From the NCBI GenBank assembly GCA_973895155.1, contig OZ316894.1:8890234-8954233 (forward strand): DNA of 64,000 nucleotides, read 5' to 3'. How positions within the stretch are numbered: the stretch's first letter is position 1; each line of letters opens with the position of its first letter. Position numbers and translations under genes: made by a program. This DNA is from Marsupella aquatica (lineage: Eukaryota > Plantae > Marchantiophyta). Below the pieces are notes generated by a model. That model saw only the letters and a program-made list of their open reading frames with translations. It did no database searches and was not told where the DNA came from. This document shows, one piece after another, positions 41,315-54,524 of this stretch.

Positions 41315-41770
41315 GCAACTTTACCTACAAGGAGCCAACGATTCCAACCGAAAACGCATGTGATTCGCCTGTTCCAAACAAATCCTTCATGGCGGTTTTC
41401 AACTTTACCCAGAAGGAGCCGATACAAAAACCGGAGATAAAGCTCCAGAGACAACCCATGTAAATCCTCCGTTCCAAAAAACCCTCCTTGAGTATCGCAA
41501 CTTTACCCAGAAGGAGCGGAACAAAAGGGTCTGGCGTATGTAATTCCTCTGTTTCAAAAAAACTCCATTGCGGATCACAACGTTACCTGAAGCAGCCAAC
41601 ACAAAAAGCACAGACAAAGGTCCAGAGACGGTTGATGTGATTCCCCTGTTCCAATAAACCTTCATTGCATATCACCGAAGACGAGGCAACGACAAAAGCT
41701 GGAGAAAAACGGTCCAGAGATGACCCACCTAATTTCTCTGTTCCAAGGAACCTTGATTGCGGATCACGTT
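41315..41770. repeat. Degenerate minisatellite, ~80-100 bp units, about 5 copies
   Basis: Recurring caactttacc(c)agaaggagc, ccagagac and ctgttccaa blocks; one measured period is 97 bp. Confidence 0.7.
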
Positions 41771-41921
41771 GACTGATACAGAAGAAAACTGCACGCTTAT
41801 AAGTGGGCGACAGCTAGAACTTCCCATATAAAAAACCCATGCCACGAACGAGGGGGGGGGGGGGGGAGGGTATGTGTCTATGAGGACAGAAAAAGCTTTT
41901 TGCAACCTTACAGTGCAACAT

Positions 41922-42038
41922 CATTGGCTCGGTGGGGATCGAATTCGACACCTCACCAAAGTGACAGAAACTGCTTTTCAACGTTCCCCTGCAAACTCAT
42001 TGGCTCGGTGGGGATCAAATTCGACACCTCACCAAAGA
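41922..42038. repeat. 40-bp direct repeat pair with internal hairpin
   Basis: cattggctcggtggggatc(g/a)aattcgacacctcaccaaag occurs twice, about 36 bp apart. Confidence 0.85.
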
Positions 42039-42150
42039 ATGACAGCTTCCAACGAAAGCAGCCAAGATTTGCTCTGCTTCCCAGCCGTAGGCACAGTCCA
42101 CCATCGCCATGACTGAGGAGCTAGTCCAGGCTGGCCAACTGCCTTCAATG

Positions 42151-42412
42151 CATGCATGTCAAGCTACAGCAGAATCCTCGAGACTGGGGAAGTGAGGATT
42201 GTGCTCTGTTCAAGCATTTGACTTGGGAACGACAGCCGGGGGACCAAACAGCTGTCGATTGCAGCTGATGCCACGGCGATGCTGCCTACATTTTGTACGT
42301 CAGGTGTTGCCACGTCATCTGACGGATTACAAAAAAACAAAATAATAGATTTCTCATGATTATCAAGGGTATGGTAATGACCGGGAAAGAAAAGCTGTTC
42401 GTGACACGTGTC
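42151..42412. promoter_or_regulatory. Putative ABA-responsive promoter module (RY + two ABRE/G-box) upstream of RCI2
   Basis: CATGCATG at 42151-42158, GCCACGTCA (reverse complement TGACGTGGC) at 42309-42317, palindromic GACACGTGTC at 42403-42412. Confidence 0.5.
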
Positions 42413-42691
42413 CCTTGAAGCACTTCTGCATAGGAGCCGGGCAGGCTGACAACACAACATGCAAAATTGCATGAAGGTCGTACTTATAACTCCCCATTAC
42501 TCTGCACAGCTCGATCAGTTCTATAGCGCTCTCCTACTCTCTTTCTTCGACACCAGTGCAGGAGTCAATCGTCGTGCGCTCAGACAAAGTGACTGTCTCT
42601 CAATTCCTGCTGTTTTCGTTGAGCTGCTCGTTTGTGGGTTGATCGATCAAGCTCGGTCTCGTTCTGTGTAGCTCAAGAGAAGCTCGTGAAA

Positions 42692-43668
42692 ATGGGTACC
42701 GCTACCTTCGTGGATGTGATCCTCGCCATCTTGTTACCTCCTTTGGGAGTGTTCTTTCGGTATGGGTGTGCGGTACGTTCTCTTTCCTCTCCCTCTATCT
42801 GTGACTGGCAGTCTCCAATTGTGCTTAGAGTTACATCAGCTCAGTCTTGAGGGTTTGGCAATACGCTTTGGGTTCTGTTATGACTTGGTAGCCTTTCATG
42901 GACTGGTCACGTAGCACCTCTCGAAAGGAACTGTGCAGCTGTTGGGTTCGCAGGCTAGGTCTTGATTTGATTCGCAGTTCTTGCTTTGAACCTCTTTCCG
43001 TTGAGGACATCTGATATTGTTCGAGACGTAGAACCTCGGCTTGTAGCTGTACCTGTTTGTAGTTGTCAGGAGTGTGTTGTCAGTTTCCTAATTAGTCTTG
43101 AAGGTGTCCAGATTACACGAGTTTAGTGCATAGAGCACCTGGGAGTAGTGAGTGGGTAATAAGTTTGGCAAATTAGTTCCTGTATTTCCGGGAGCGGTAT
43201 ATGGGTGACAAAGTTGGAAAATTAGTTCCTGTCTGAGTAAGACCAGTACAACCCTGTAAACCTACGGGATGCGTAAATCTGTGCAAGTGACGACTAGGAA
43301 GATCCTTCACCCTTGGGCAAGCCGTGACTTATGATTGTGTAGTCTACCCCAAATATTGTTGTAGGCAAAGATGCAGAGTAATAATCTGTATCAGATGCGT
43401 CACATCCTTCGTGATTAAGTGCTGTTACCAAAGCTGCTTTCATAGCTACAGAGTTTGATATGACGGAAGGATAGGGAAGAACGCTGCCCCTTGTTTAACG
43501 TTTCTTTTGAGAGCTTCGGATGTTCAGAACTGCAGTCTTTGTTCGTCAGTTCTCTAACTTCTTTTAACTTGGCCTGTCAATGTGCAGATCGAGTTTTGGA
43601 TCAGTGTACTGCTGACCATCTTGGGATATATTCCAGGGATCCTGTACGCCTTGTATGTAATCTTGTAG
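42692..43668 (+). CDS. RCI2: RCI2/PMP3/LTI6 small hydrophobic plasma-membrane proteolipid (53 aa), 2 exons
   Basis: Exons 42692-42772 and 43588-43668 give MGTATFVDVILAILLPPLGVFFRYGCA|IEFWISVLLTILGYIPGILYALYVIL*. Confidence 0.95.
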
Positions 43669-45407
43669 AATGATGCGGATGATGTCTCCGTGACTAGGTG
43701 AAATGGACTTGGAAATTCGCTATGCGGAACTTGTACATCTTAACTCGTCCATACAATGATGTGGATCAACAGCGTTCCGCTGTGCCGGACGGCGGAATCA
43801 CGAAGGACCCCATTCTGCAGGGGATACTCACATCGAGTAGATTTCATGTGTAATAACACTCTGGTTTCGCAATTATAATTTTCACACAGCCCAGTTGCAC
43901 ATACCTACGTTTAGGTGCAGCTGCTTTGGCTATACATGTACACTCGACACAGTTTATCTGGCTAGATATACATTTGCACATGATTCTCATTTTAAGTCAA
44001 TAAACGACAGTGGTATTTGCCGTTTCTACGTTCATTGTTCAAACAGATTTGCTTAGTTGGGAAGCTTTCCCGTTGCCGACTGGTTAAATTGCTTTTCAAC
44101 ATATGCCGGTCGTTTTGATAAAATCTTTGAGGCGAAAAACATGTGTCCGCATGAGGCAGAACCTGCGTTTGCTTACGTAGGATTGAAGATGTGTGACAAT
44201 TTGGGTGTAGTTGAAGAGTGCGAATAAAATTAGAGGGAAGAGCAGTGGTTAATACGGAAAAGTGTGGTCTTGAAAGTAATGGAGCGAAAATTTAAAGTAG
44301 ACGCGGTTGTGTGAATTGGAATCTGTGTGTGACGATCGTTCTCCAAGGGCAGAGCAATCCGAAAAGTAATATACAGGAAATTTGGATGAATTATATCGAT
44401 GTGTGACGGTCGTTCTCCCAAGGGTAGAGAAGAGCGAAATGTAACGTATATGGATGTGTGGATTGTATCATTGCGACAACTTTCTCCAAGAGCAGAGTGC
44501 CGAGCAGAGCAAAAGTGCCGTGTACAACATCGGCGAGTGGAATCTCGTACAGGTGTGTTGAGAAGATATTTGTCTGTTGAAGCTGGACCATTCAATACGC
44601 ACACCGTATAAAATAATGAGCTTATTGTTTTTGGCTATAGAAGAGAACTTTTTAAAGGAACTGAAACGTTGCTGTATCGAAGACCAACCATTTAATGCGA
44701 ATATGGTATAGAACAATGAGATCATTGTGTTTCTCTAAAAGAAAATTATTTTAATGGAACTGAAACCGCGAGACTACCGTGTCACACTGTCACCACTCGA
44801 ATAATTTGTACGTAAGCCGAAGGTGAACTGAGGAGGTCGTTCACCAATACCTGGTTAAAAGGATAGACATGGCCGTACAGGCCCCACTTTGCATCAGGAA
44901 ATTGCAGCACAAGTTACCAAAGAATATATTAGATTGAGGCTCTAACCTACTTCAGTTCTTTGCCAATTTATGATGCCTTTTCAACCTTGAAAGTTGTTCT
45001 CCTACTATCTAGACCTCTGTAAGCAACGAGTCGAGATCTGCGCTCAAGATTGTGTGCCTAGTTCCTCTGTCGCCAACAGTTGAAGTTTGTAGGCATATTC
45101 CATTCCTAGGAGTTGGGGCTTTAACATAGCCTCTGAACACGTTCTACCATTCAGCACAGCTCATCAGTGTCTGAACCTTTTGCTAGCGGGTAATGTAGAG
45201 CTGATATCTCAGTGCTGCCTAACTGCAAACTCCCATTAGCAACCTTGGTGCGATTGTGGGTGTCCCATTCGCCAGCAAATAGGATTGAGCTGCAATATTC
45301 TGACTGCCCACCTGTACACTTCCTTTAGCAACCTCGCATGCATCATACGACTGTCCCACCTTTCGCTGAAGTAGTCTGACTTGAAAAACTTCCTTTAGCA
45401 CCACCTT

Positions 45408-45547
45408 GTACGACGAGAAACGTCAGTAACCTCCACACCAAAGACTCAGAAAGACTAGTCCCCAGTAGGCCATTATCTTCCTTTAGGAAAGTGTAGGACG
45501 AGAAACGTTAGTAACCTCCACACTTGAGAGTCAGAAAAACTAGTCCC
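45408..45547. repeat. Direct repeat pair (~55 bp)
   Basis: gacgagaaacgt(c/t)agtaacctccacac...tcagaaa.actagtccc occurs twice. Confidence 0.75.
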
Positions 45548-45979
45548 TGGAAAGCAAGGTGCGAGTACACGGCATCCCAAAATCAACATCCAAAAACAAC
45601 ATTGTTTTCTAGAAGCGACAAACTTGTCTAAACTTCACCTTTGGCTGGGGTTTATGTAGTGCTGTGCATCTGCAGGAAGATTTGAACCTACCAATTAGTA
45701 TGCCAGAGCCTGTCTACAACTATGGCAGCATTTTCAGTACTTAAGCTCTTTTTGTTGCAGATACTTTGGGCAGCAGCTGTGGCAGTGCATGCTTAAAGTC
45801 ATTAATGACTTTCTCAAAACCCGTAGCTTTGAATCATAAAAGGAGGGTGAGTTATGGACTTTACACTCAACAGAAACGATAATATGTTGGACCACATGTA
45901 AAGACTGGGAGGTGAGGATAACAACTCTACACTCTACGAGCCATTGCACATTGTTGTCTAAATGAAGTTTAGGAGTGGT

Positions 45980-46335
45980 AACTGGATTTCAAAGACTGCA
46001 ACACAAAGAATTGTTGTCAATATGATAATTTCAAAGACTGCAACACAAAGAATTGATGTTGGTCACAAGTTAGCAGTGGCAACTGAATTTCAGAGAGTGC
46101 AAGTTGCACAATGTTATCCAAGAAGATGTTGGTCACAAGGTAACACTGGATTTCAAAGAGCATAAGGTGTGGGAGAGTACAGACCTTGAGAGCCAAGGCA
46201 ACTAGATTTCAAATTGTGTGCATGCTGTGGGAGAGTACAGACGTCAAGGGCCAAGGCAACTGTTTCAAAGAGTGTGCAAGTTGTGGGACAGTGGGCCTAA
46301 GGCAACTGAATTTCAAAGAGTGTGCAAGTTGTGAG
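45980..46335. repeat. Degenerate short tandem repeats
   Basis: Multiple atttcaaaga..., ggcaactg(a)atttc and gtgggagagtacagac units. Confidence 0.7.
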
Positions 46336-48876
46336 ATAATACAAGGAGGAGTCGCACAATGACACCTGACCTTTAGAAACATCTATGACTACAAAAAATG
46401 TCACCTAGAGGTTCCCCACCAAAATGACATCTAAAAGTAAATCAGATTTTCTTAAAAACTCACTAAAATATAAGACACTCGACTGTTCACTTAGGCAAAT
46501 GAACAGGTAACCTGTGAGGGACATGCCCTCTTTATTGAGGGTGTGCAAGGGTGGTTCTTATTCTACCTTGTAAAACATGACTGAGAAATTTAATAACGCA
46601 AAAGTATGTTAGGGTGACTGTTTGATAATGAATCCTAGGAAACACATATGGGAGTGTTTTAGCAAGCTTAGATCACTGGCTGTTCCTACATTCTATTCTG
46701 ACAAGCACCAATGAGAGTGTTCTAGTAAACTTACATCACGTGCTTCATGAACTTTTGTCCTCAAGTTTCCATTGTTGCCTATTGGATTATACAATCATTG
46801 TGATTGTGACCTTATGTCTAATCAATCTAATAGCTGTACGTCCAACTTCCTTTATAATTGCACAACATATTATTCTGTGACCATGAAAGATACGAATAGT
46901 GATTCTGTCCGAGCTGAGTACTGGGTGACAGTAACTCGTTGATAGTCAACTCCCCATAGCTTATACAATGATTATGGCTATCTACAAAAGAATAAGAAAC
47001 CACAAGCTCACATTGTGGTTTGATAGTTTTGTATCAAGTGTTGTTGCACAGATCACACCGGGGATCACACCAAGTTCTGGCATCTTCCTCCATCATTTTT
47101 GGAAACTTCTGTTGCTATGATTGGGATGGCCTTTTGCAATGCAAAAATGCCTCCTCAGGTGCATGCTCGTTCATATAAAGCCAATCTCAACCAACCAGCT
47201 AGCAAAAGAAAATTTCCTGAGTTTATTTTGTAGAATAGATCTAGCTCCCGTCAAAAGCAAAGCAGTTGGTGTGGGTTCCTTTGGAGCCCACCTAAGGGTA
47301 ATAATTTTTTTTGTTTGCCTTGAAACCAAAGGAAGTTGGACCCATGAAGAGATAGTCATCTTTGGAGCATGCAACACTGTAGGGTGGCCCACAAACCAGG
47401 AGTGATTAAAGAACCCTGCTAGGATGGTTAAATCAGGGTCCCACAAGTGCCTAACCAAGGGCTGATGAGATACCTAGAATTTAGGGTTGATGGCTTTGAG
47501 TTGATTTCCATTGATGCCTTGCCACACCTGGCCCTTGTTCCCTCCTGGTCCAATACTTTTCACTATCTACTCAGGACCCCGGTTTGTCACAATGGGGGTG
47601 GGGTGAATGGAAGTCAAGGCTTACTCAGGCTCTCTTTCCATTCACTCCTAACCCATTGTGGCAAAGAGTGACACACAGGAAGTGTATTGCGCTACTAACA
47701 AAAGATTTCTTGTTGGTGCTCCACAAACTGGGTAAGGGGTGGCAAATGGGAGAAGTTTGAAGTTGCTCTGACCCAACAGTTTAAGACTTACCAAGACCAT
47801 GTCCATGAGAACACCCTATATAGTTTATAGTCTACTGTAAGTGACAGTGATGGTCAATGAAACAGACCCAACAGTCAATTGGATGATTCTCCTTGAAACT
47901 AGAAATCAACTACAGACCGTCCACCTTACTTTATATTGTTGAACTCGGTAGAAAATCAAAACTGTACATTATCTTCCCAACACATATCCGATAAATAATA
48001 GACTTTAAAACCAATGCCTCATCGCGTCAATTGGTTGGACATGGCTTTTAATCTGATGACTTTCCTTAAATCTAGGGAGATTTAACAGGGTTGGACATGA
48101 CTTTCAATCTGATGGTTATTCTTAAATCTAGGGAGATCTAAAAGTAAAAATGAGTTTAGGAAAATTGAAATAAGGAATAGTCTTAGTATCTTCACCATCT
48201 GGCTAAAAAGGAATGGCCTTTAGAATTACCCTGGTGGCATGCTCCTTTGCCTCAAGGGCCCGCTCAAGGGGATGGGTTACCTGCACTTCAAGCCCTTTGT
48301 GATTTTCAAAGTTTGTTTCTTGTGTTTTTTAAACTAGCCTCTAAGAGTGTCTTATGGTCATGGCATATGATCGATAATCTCTATGGCAACAAGTTATGGA
48401 CTATCAAATGAATGGATTTGGTATTAAGTCATGTCAGAGTACTGCCATAAGCAAGGTCTTATGGATTTGACTTTTTGGACGTCTGATCCTTGCACATGTA
48501 TATAGGTAGCCCATAATATTTTTGTCCCAACCATAAATCCATTTTATGTCCTTGGCTCTACCTCACTTAATACCCTATTTTGACTTTCTATTCCATACTT
48601 TTCTCTGTTAGTAACCTTTACTACTAAGTTAAGGTCCATCAATTGTTGAGGCTTGAGACCCCTAGTATTCTATAACTTTTTCTGCCAGTAACCTTAACTA
48701 CTAAGTTAGAACTACTAAGTTAAGCTCCATCTTGACTACTAAATTAAGGTCCATTCTGTCAATGAGTTTTAAAAACCCCACTGACAAGAAGGTCTAAGGA
48801 GCAAGCATTGAGAACTGCTGAGAAGCAAGGCTGCAATCTCCACAAGCAACTCCTGAAGAAGTGCCGTGGAACGATG

Positions 48877-49100
48877 ATGAAGGAGCTAGGAAGAACATAT
48901 TGATTGATTGGTTGATGGTTGGAAGACTAGTTGAAGGGGTTCCGAGAACATGGGTGTTAAACACTCATTATATAACTTCAGGCAAATCGGGATGAAGGAG
49001 CCAGGAAGAACATATTGATTGATTGGTTGATGGTTGGAAGACTAGTTAAAGCGGTTCAGAAATTGGGTGTTAAACACTCTTTAACTTCAGGCAAATAGGA
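48877..49100. repeat. Tandem duplication (~110 bp x2)
   Basis: gatgaaggagc.aggaagaacatattgattgattggttgatggttggaagactagtt...aacttcaggcaaat occurs twice. Confidence 0.85.
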
Positions 49101-49304
49101 TATCAATGTAGGTCAAAATGATACACTATCTCAAATTCTTTGTGATCTGCTACCCAACAATAGTGCCTTGAGCTCTGCTGGAGAGTTTAATAGGGGAAAA
49201 AAACCTAAATTAGGGTTCATCAATCTTAAGATTTAGACCCATAGTATTCCATGAATTTGATGTGTTAGTACCCATAACATAGTAGTTAAGGTCCATCATA
49301 ATTA

Positions 49305-49647
49305 TGTTAGGTATTTACTCAAGGTCTAGGGTTACGACATGTAACCGTACTTAGACTAACCGTAGTCGGAGACGTGGTTAGATTAACTAGGATGCACACT
49401 ATATGCCAAGAAGTGTTTGCTTGGATAAGTGGAACTTAGGCTCATTGCTATGGAGCCACTTGAGAGATGAGGAGAGCTTACACTGTGGAGACTTGGTATG
49501 GCCGACGGGCTTAGAGTTTAGTAAAGCTCTCTTGTGTGTTCCCGTGGACGTAGCCTCGAGGAGGTGAACCACATATCTCTTGTGTTGACTACTTGCGTGT
49601 TGGATGTGTCATGTGCTTACCATTACGAGTATCGTCTATGCTCAACA
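49305..49647 (+). repeat. 5' LTR of copia 2
   Basis: TGTTAG...CAACA followed by CT + TGGTATCAGAGC. Confidence 0.95.
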
Positions 49648-50289
49648 CTTGGTATCAGAGCATGTCTGGGAGGTGATGTGTGTTCGTGATGGGATTTTGT
49701 GACGGTTTTATCCAACGTTGAGTGTCGGTGGATTTTCCAGAGTTCCATCACATGGAACTTGGAGTTTATGGGCTCAACGGATAGATCGGGGCAAGGGCGT
49801 TCTAACGGTCTAAATAAATCGTTGAACGGAGCTCGTGGTGTGGAGAGATCTAAATTTTTGTCATTCTGGATTTTGTGAAGAAAGTCGGCAACATTCGTGT
49901 TCGACGGTTTTTTGGAGGAGGAACCAGAGTTTGTTTACTCGACGGTGTGAGCTCTACGGTGAAGGAGACGTCACATACTATAGCTCCGCTTGTAGATCGG
50001 GACGAGCTGGTCGTTTTGGTAGCTGATTTGTTACCAAGTGAGCACCGTGTGTGACGGGATGAGAAAAAGAAACTTCTGATTTTCTGACCGGCTATGGAGT
50101 CTTCTTTTGCCTGAGCGGGGTTTCTCGTCGTTGCGCTCAACTCGGAGGGAGAGACGTGAAGTACTTGGGCTGAACGGAGAGATCACGAAGAGGCGATCGT
50201 TTTGAGTCCAAGATTGACGGTTTTGCCCACGGGAGGAAGGAGTTCTGAGTTTTTGCCACTGATTGACCGGTGCGGGTGCGCAAATCTTT

Positions 50290-52240
50290 CCACCCACCGA
50301 CATCGGTTTCTAATTCCTCACCATAATCCGACTTTTACAAGGTGCAAGCTCTTTTTGTTTGATTTCCACAAGCATTTTTGGATTTCTTACGGGCCAATTT
50401 TTTGTTCGAAAATACTCTCCCTCTCTCTCTCTAATAAGTAAAGCCAAAGATAAGCTACCAGCTTCCATCATTAGACTCCTTATACGTACTACAAGGGGGC
50501 AACAAGAATCATACGGTATAAGTGAAAAACACTACACAAACAGTATTTTCATTATAAATACTTATCACTGCACACATTATGGAGCCCACTAAGGGCACTA
50601 GATATTCCAATCCAAAAGACTCAGCTTCCCGCTACATTGCCATGGCCCATAGAGCCATTGATTTAATCACCTTATATCTAGACCGTCTATGGATCAGCCA
50701 CCTAAAGCTGTTGCCCTAAAACAGGGCCTAAGGTAGCGGCGCTGCCAGGAGCAACCCAACAGCCAACTTGGCTCTACTATCACTTGACATTGGGCACATC
50801 CAAGAAAGCCATGAGGATCTAGCAAAGCAGAACACATGACACTGACATGACAGAGTGAGCATTGGACACCCTGAGATAAGCAGCTCGTGAGAAGCACACC
50901 TCGTAAGGAGTGGGAGCTACAGCAGACATTCGTGGACAGCTGAGATTCCTCAGCAATACGACACTCGAACCAACATGGGATCAAATCAGGCTCAGGTTTT
51001 ATGCAGTACATTCACTGTTCTTGATATTTATGTTTCCGTCTATTCATGTTGTTACAAGCAATGCTGAAAGCTGGAGAATGTAATGTTTGAATAAAGCTGA
51101 TGTGACTACTCTATCTCCGGCCCATGTCTCCCCGCAACCGTCTAGACAATGCTGCAGAAACATGGGACCAGATATTATGTTTCCTAAGACTAATGTCGAT
51201 CCAGTGGCGGGGGCTGAACGAAGACACTGGATAAGTGTATGGATATAGTCCGTCCATTCCCGGGAATAGATTACGGCCTATGCTTGATGCTGTGGACACA
51301 ACATTGAAGTAACGCCGTCAACCAGCATACACCCAGTATGGTGCTAAGCAGTGCTGCGTGGTAATATAAAACTGTCTATAGGTTCTATACTTAATAAAAA
51401 CATAGTCCAACAGGAGTCGACATGATCAACATGGATGGGAAATATATTGATGATAAACAATAGCATTTGGTTTCTACTAAATCGAGCTGTCTCTGACATG
51501 CATATGGCGCATCTGTACCCTTAATGTATGAAACAAAACAGTGGATGCTATGTACGTTATGATGAACTATGAATCAATGTGCAGCGTTTAATTGACAATA
51601 CGACCTGAAATATCTCAGGATGTGATACATCTATGTATGTATAAAACCAATCTCTCTAGAGACCTCCATCGCACATTGGAAAGAAATTTCTTTGGGGCCC
51701 TTGCCGGTGACGAGTGTGAATTCCACTTCTCTGGTGGTTATTTCCTTTGTATTGTTGGGGGCATTTTTTTGGTTTTTTAGGGGGTATTTGGCACCCTCAA
51801 CCCCCCCTCGTCGAATCGACCCCCCCCGCACGCGGCCGCCCCTACCCTGAAACGTGCATCTTTCCCGGCAGCCACAACCGCTGCCTGTAGCTCCGACAGG
51901 CCCGCGCCCTCATTTTTCCCCCTCCGGCTGGCCTTGGGTCCCCGCATACACCCCGCCCTAGCCCATTTGTTTCTTTTTGCCTTTGGCCGGCTGCCTCCAA
52001 CGCCGACTGCCGCTCCCGCCGGCCCCGACACTCCCCGGTTGCATCACGGCTCGGCCATACGCGTACCCCAGCCCCGACCTTGTATGCCAACCGGTACCCT
52101 GCCCCGCATACGCCTGATTTAATAAAGGGGCTTTAAACCCTTTTTAGCCCCTACTTTTATTCATTTTCCCCGATTTTTGATTGGTAGCCACATCCCGGGA
52201 CCCGCCGCCCTCCACTTTAATTGCTTGGACAGGGGGAACG
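50290..52240. mobile_element. Unclassified ~2-kb insertion in the 5' leader of copia 2
   Basis: Absent from the equivalent leader of copia 1. Contains a GC-rich block (51780-52230) and decayed minus-strand ORF-like pieces. Boundaries are approximate; no TIR or TSD was resolved. Confidence 0.55.
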
Positions 52241-52450
52241 GCATTTTTTGGAGGAGTTTTGAGTTTTGAGTTTTGAGTTTTTTTGCATTCTCACATGAGT
52301 GATTTGGAGGAGATTTTTGAAGAAGTGGATCTTGAAGCACAAGGATCACCATGACGGTTTGAGGAGGAAAGAGAGGAGCAAGAGGAAGCGCATGTGACAC
52401 CGGTATGATCATCGGTGCAGCGAGTAGAGGGGGTTGTGAAGGAAAAAGAG

Positions 52451-54064
52451 ATGGCATCCAGGTTTGGAGGTGTCAAGTTTGAGGTGAAAAAGTATGATGG
52501 GCGTACGGACCTCGGGGGGTTGACTATCAAAAATCTTAGGAACCATGTGCGATCCAAAATAGGTATTTTTGCTAAAAATCAACTAAATTTTTTTAAAGCG
52601 TAGGAGGCAAAAGAAGGTATTATAAACTTATGTTTATAGAATATTCTCTAATATATACCTTTTATAAAGTAAAATAGGTTATTAATATTGAAAATGAAGA
52701 ATATTTTTGGAATATTTTCTTTATAAAATAGGTCTATTTATATTATGCTAGGATCGCATGTGGTACCCCAAAATATACACTTAGTTAACCCCCCGAGGTA
52801 CGGACTACTTGCTCTGGGAGAAGCAAGTGAAAGGAGTTCTTTGTGCTATGGGCCTAGATCATCTTCTCTCTACACGAGAGATGTACAATGATAAGCAGGA
52901 GATTCCACTTAAGAGGTGGAGGCAAGAACAAGTAATTGTAGTGAATGCGGTGATGCTTTATCTGAAGCCGCATGTCATCAAGAAATTGGATGACTACGCG
53001 GATTGTGCATCTCTATTCAAAGCCCTAAGGGAGAAGTACTATCGGGAGGATGCATCAGACCGATTGTACAAGAAGTCTCTCTTGATGAGCCTTAGGCTCA
53101 AAGAGGGGAACAAGCTTCATGATCACTTGGATGAATTTGACAGTCTAGCTGTTGATTTGTCTAATCTTGGTAAGGGCGTTGAAGAAGAGGACAAGGCCTT
53201 GCTTCTTCTCAGCTCCTTACCCTCATCTTATCAGGGTTTGAAGCATGTTCTCTTATATAGAGACCTGAAGTCTATTTCATATGATGAGGTGGTAAGCTCT
53301 TTGCTGTCAGATGATGCACAGAAGAAGTTGGGTCAAGCCCAGACAACCTCGTCATCTGGTGTTGCCTTGAATGTGAATCGTGGAAGGTCACAACGGCGTC
53401 TCGAGTAGCGCACGAATGGCAAGGGATGAAGTAAATCTAGGATGAGATTTGCTTCAAGGGGGAAGTCCCAGGAGAGAAAGCCAGTAGTTTGCTAAAAGTG
53501 TCACAAGGTTGGTCACGTTAAGAGGGATTGTAAGGGTAAGGCAGCTGAATCTTTATCAGCCAATGTGACTAGTGCTGATGGAGAAGTTGATTTACTCAAT
53601 GATGAGTATGTTTTATGAAGTCAAGAGTATGCCCTATGCACATCATCTAGGAGAGAAAATGATGTATGGATTCTTGATTGTGCTTGCTCCTTTCATATTT
53701 GTTACATTCGCGAGTATTTCAATTCTTATTCTGTGTCAAACGGTTCAGTTTTGATGGGAAATGATCACTCCTATCGAGTTGAGAGTATTGGGTCTATAAA
53801 GATTCAAATGTTTGATGACATTGTGCGCACAGTGTCCGGAGTCAGGTTTGTACCTGGCATGCATAAGAATTTGATTTCACTCGGTGTGTTGGATACAAAT
53901 GGTCATCAATGGCGAGTAATTAATGGTGAACTTCAAGTCATGTCGGGAGAGACAATGATTTTGAAGGGGAGCAGACATAAGAATTTGTATGTGCTGTAGG
54001 GCAATACAGTATGTGGAGAGGCCAATGTAACCAAGTCTCACGAGGAAATGACTCAACTATGGCA
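52451..54064 (+). pseudogene. Copia 2 gag-protease-pre-integrase, interrupted by a MITE and stop codons
   Basis: MASRFGGVKFEVKKYDGRTD[MITE]YLLWEKQ..., WILDCACSFH, KNLISLG, ending at TQLW(H). Confidence 0.9.
52511..52797. mobile_element. MITE, copy 2 (287 bp), 8-bp TSD GTACGGAC, inserted in copia gag
   Basis: TSD at 52503-52510 and 52798-52805. Removing the MITE and one TSD restores YDGRTDYLLWEKQ as in copia 1. Confidence 0.95.
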
Positions 54065-54524
54065 CTCGGGGGTCTCACTATATGGAGGACCCCCCCATCA
54101 CCTGCGATGTTTTCATGCCTAGACCCCCATACTTATTAAGTTGAAATTTTTTTTCCTCCCCCTTTCTTTCTTCTAAGAGTCTAAAATCCAATTTATATTG
54201 CCCCTATAATTTGTGAAGTAAAGTGTCACATATCAATAAAAAATGCCTAGAAAGAAAAGATAAGTCTATGCCAGTACCTTGTGAAGTTGTATGTCAAACG
54301 TGGCACGCCCTGCAACAGTTCTTGCACCTTTTTCGACCTCAAACTTTCATCATTTCAATGCATCATTTATATTGTGTACCTAAAGGTCATCCCAATATTG
54401 TGTACATAAGTGGGATGGCCTTTAAGGTCACAACATGAATAATCCATTCCATCAACAATCAATTTGAAACCAATCACATACTCCATCCATACTCCATTGA
54501 AAACTTCTGCTGAGAGATGTAACA

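Noticed and set aside
41922-42038. CRISPR-like repeat-spacer-repeat (40-bp palindromic repeat, ~36-bp spacer)
   Set aside because: Only two repeats, no cas genes, and an intron-containing eukaryotic context.
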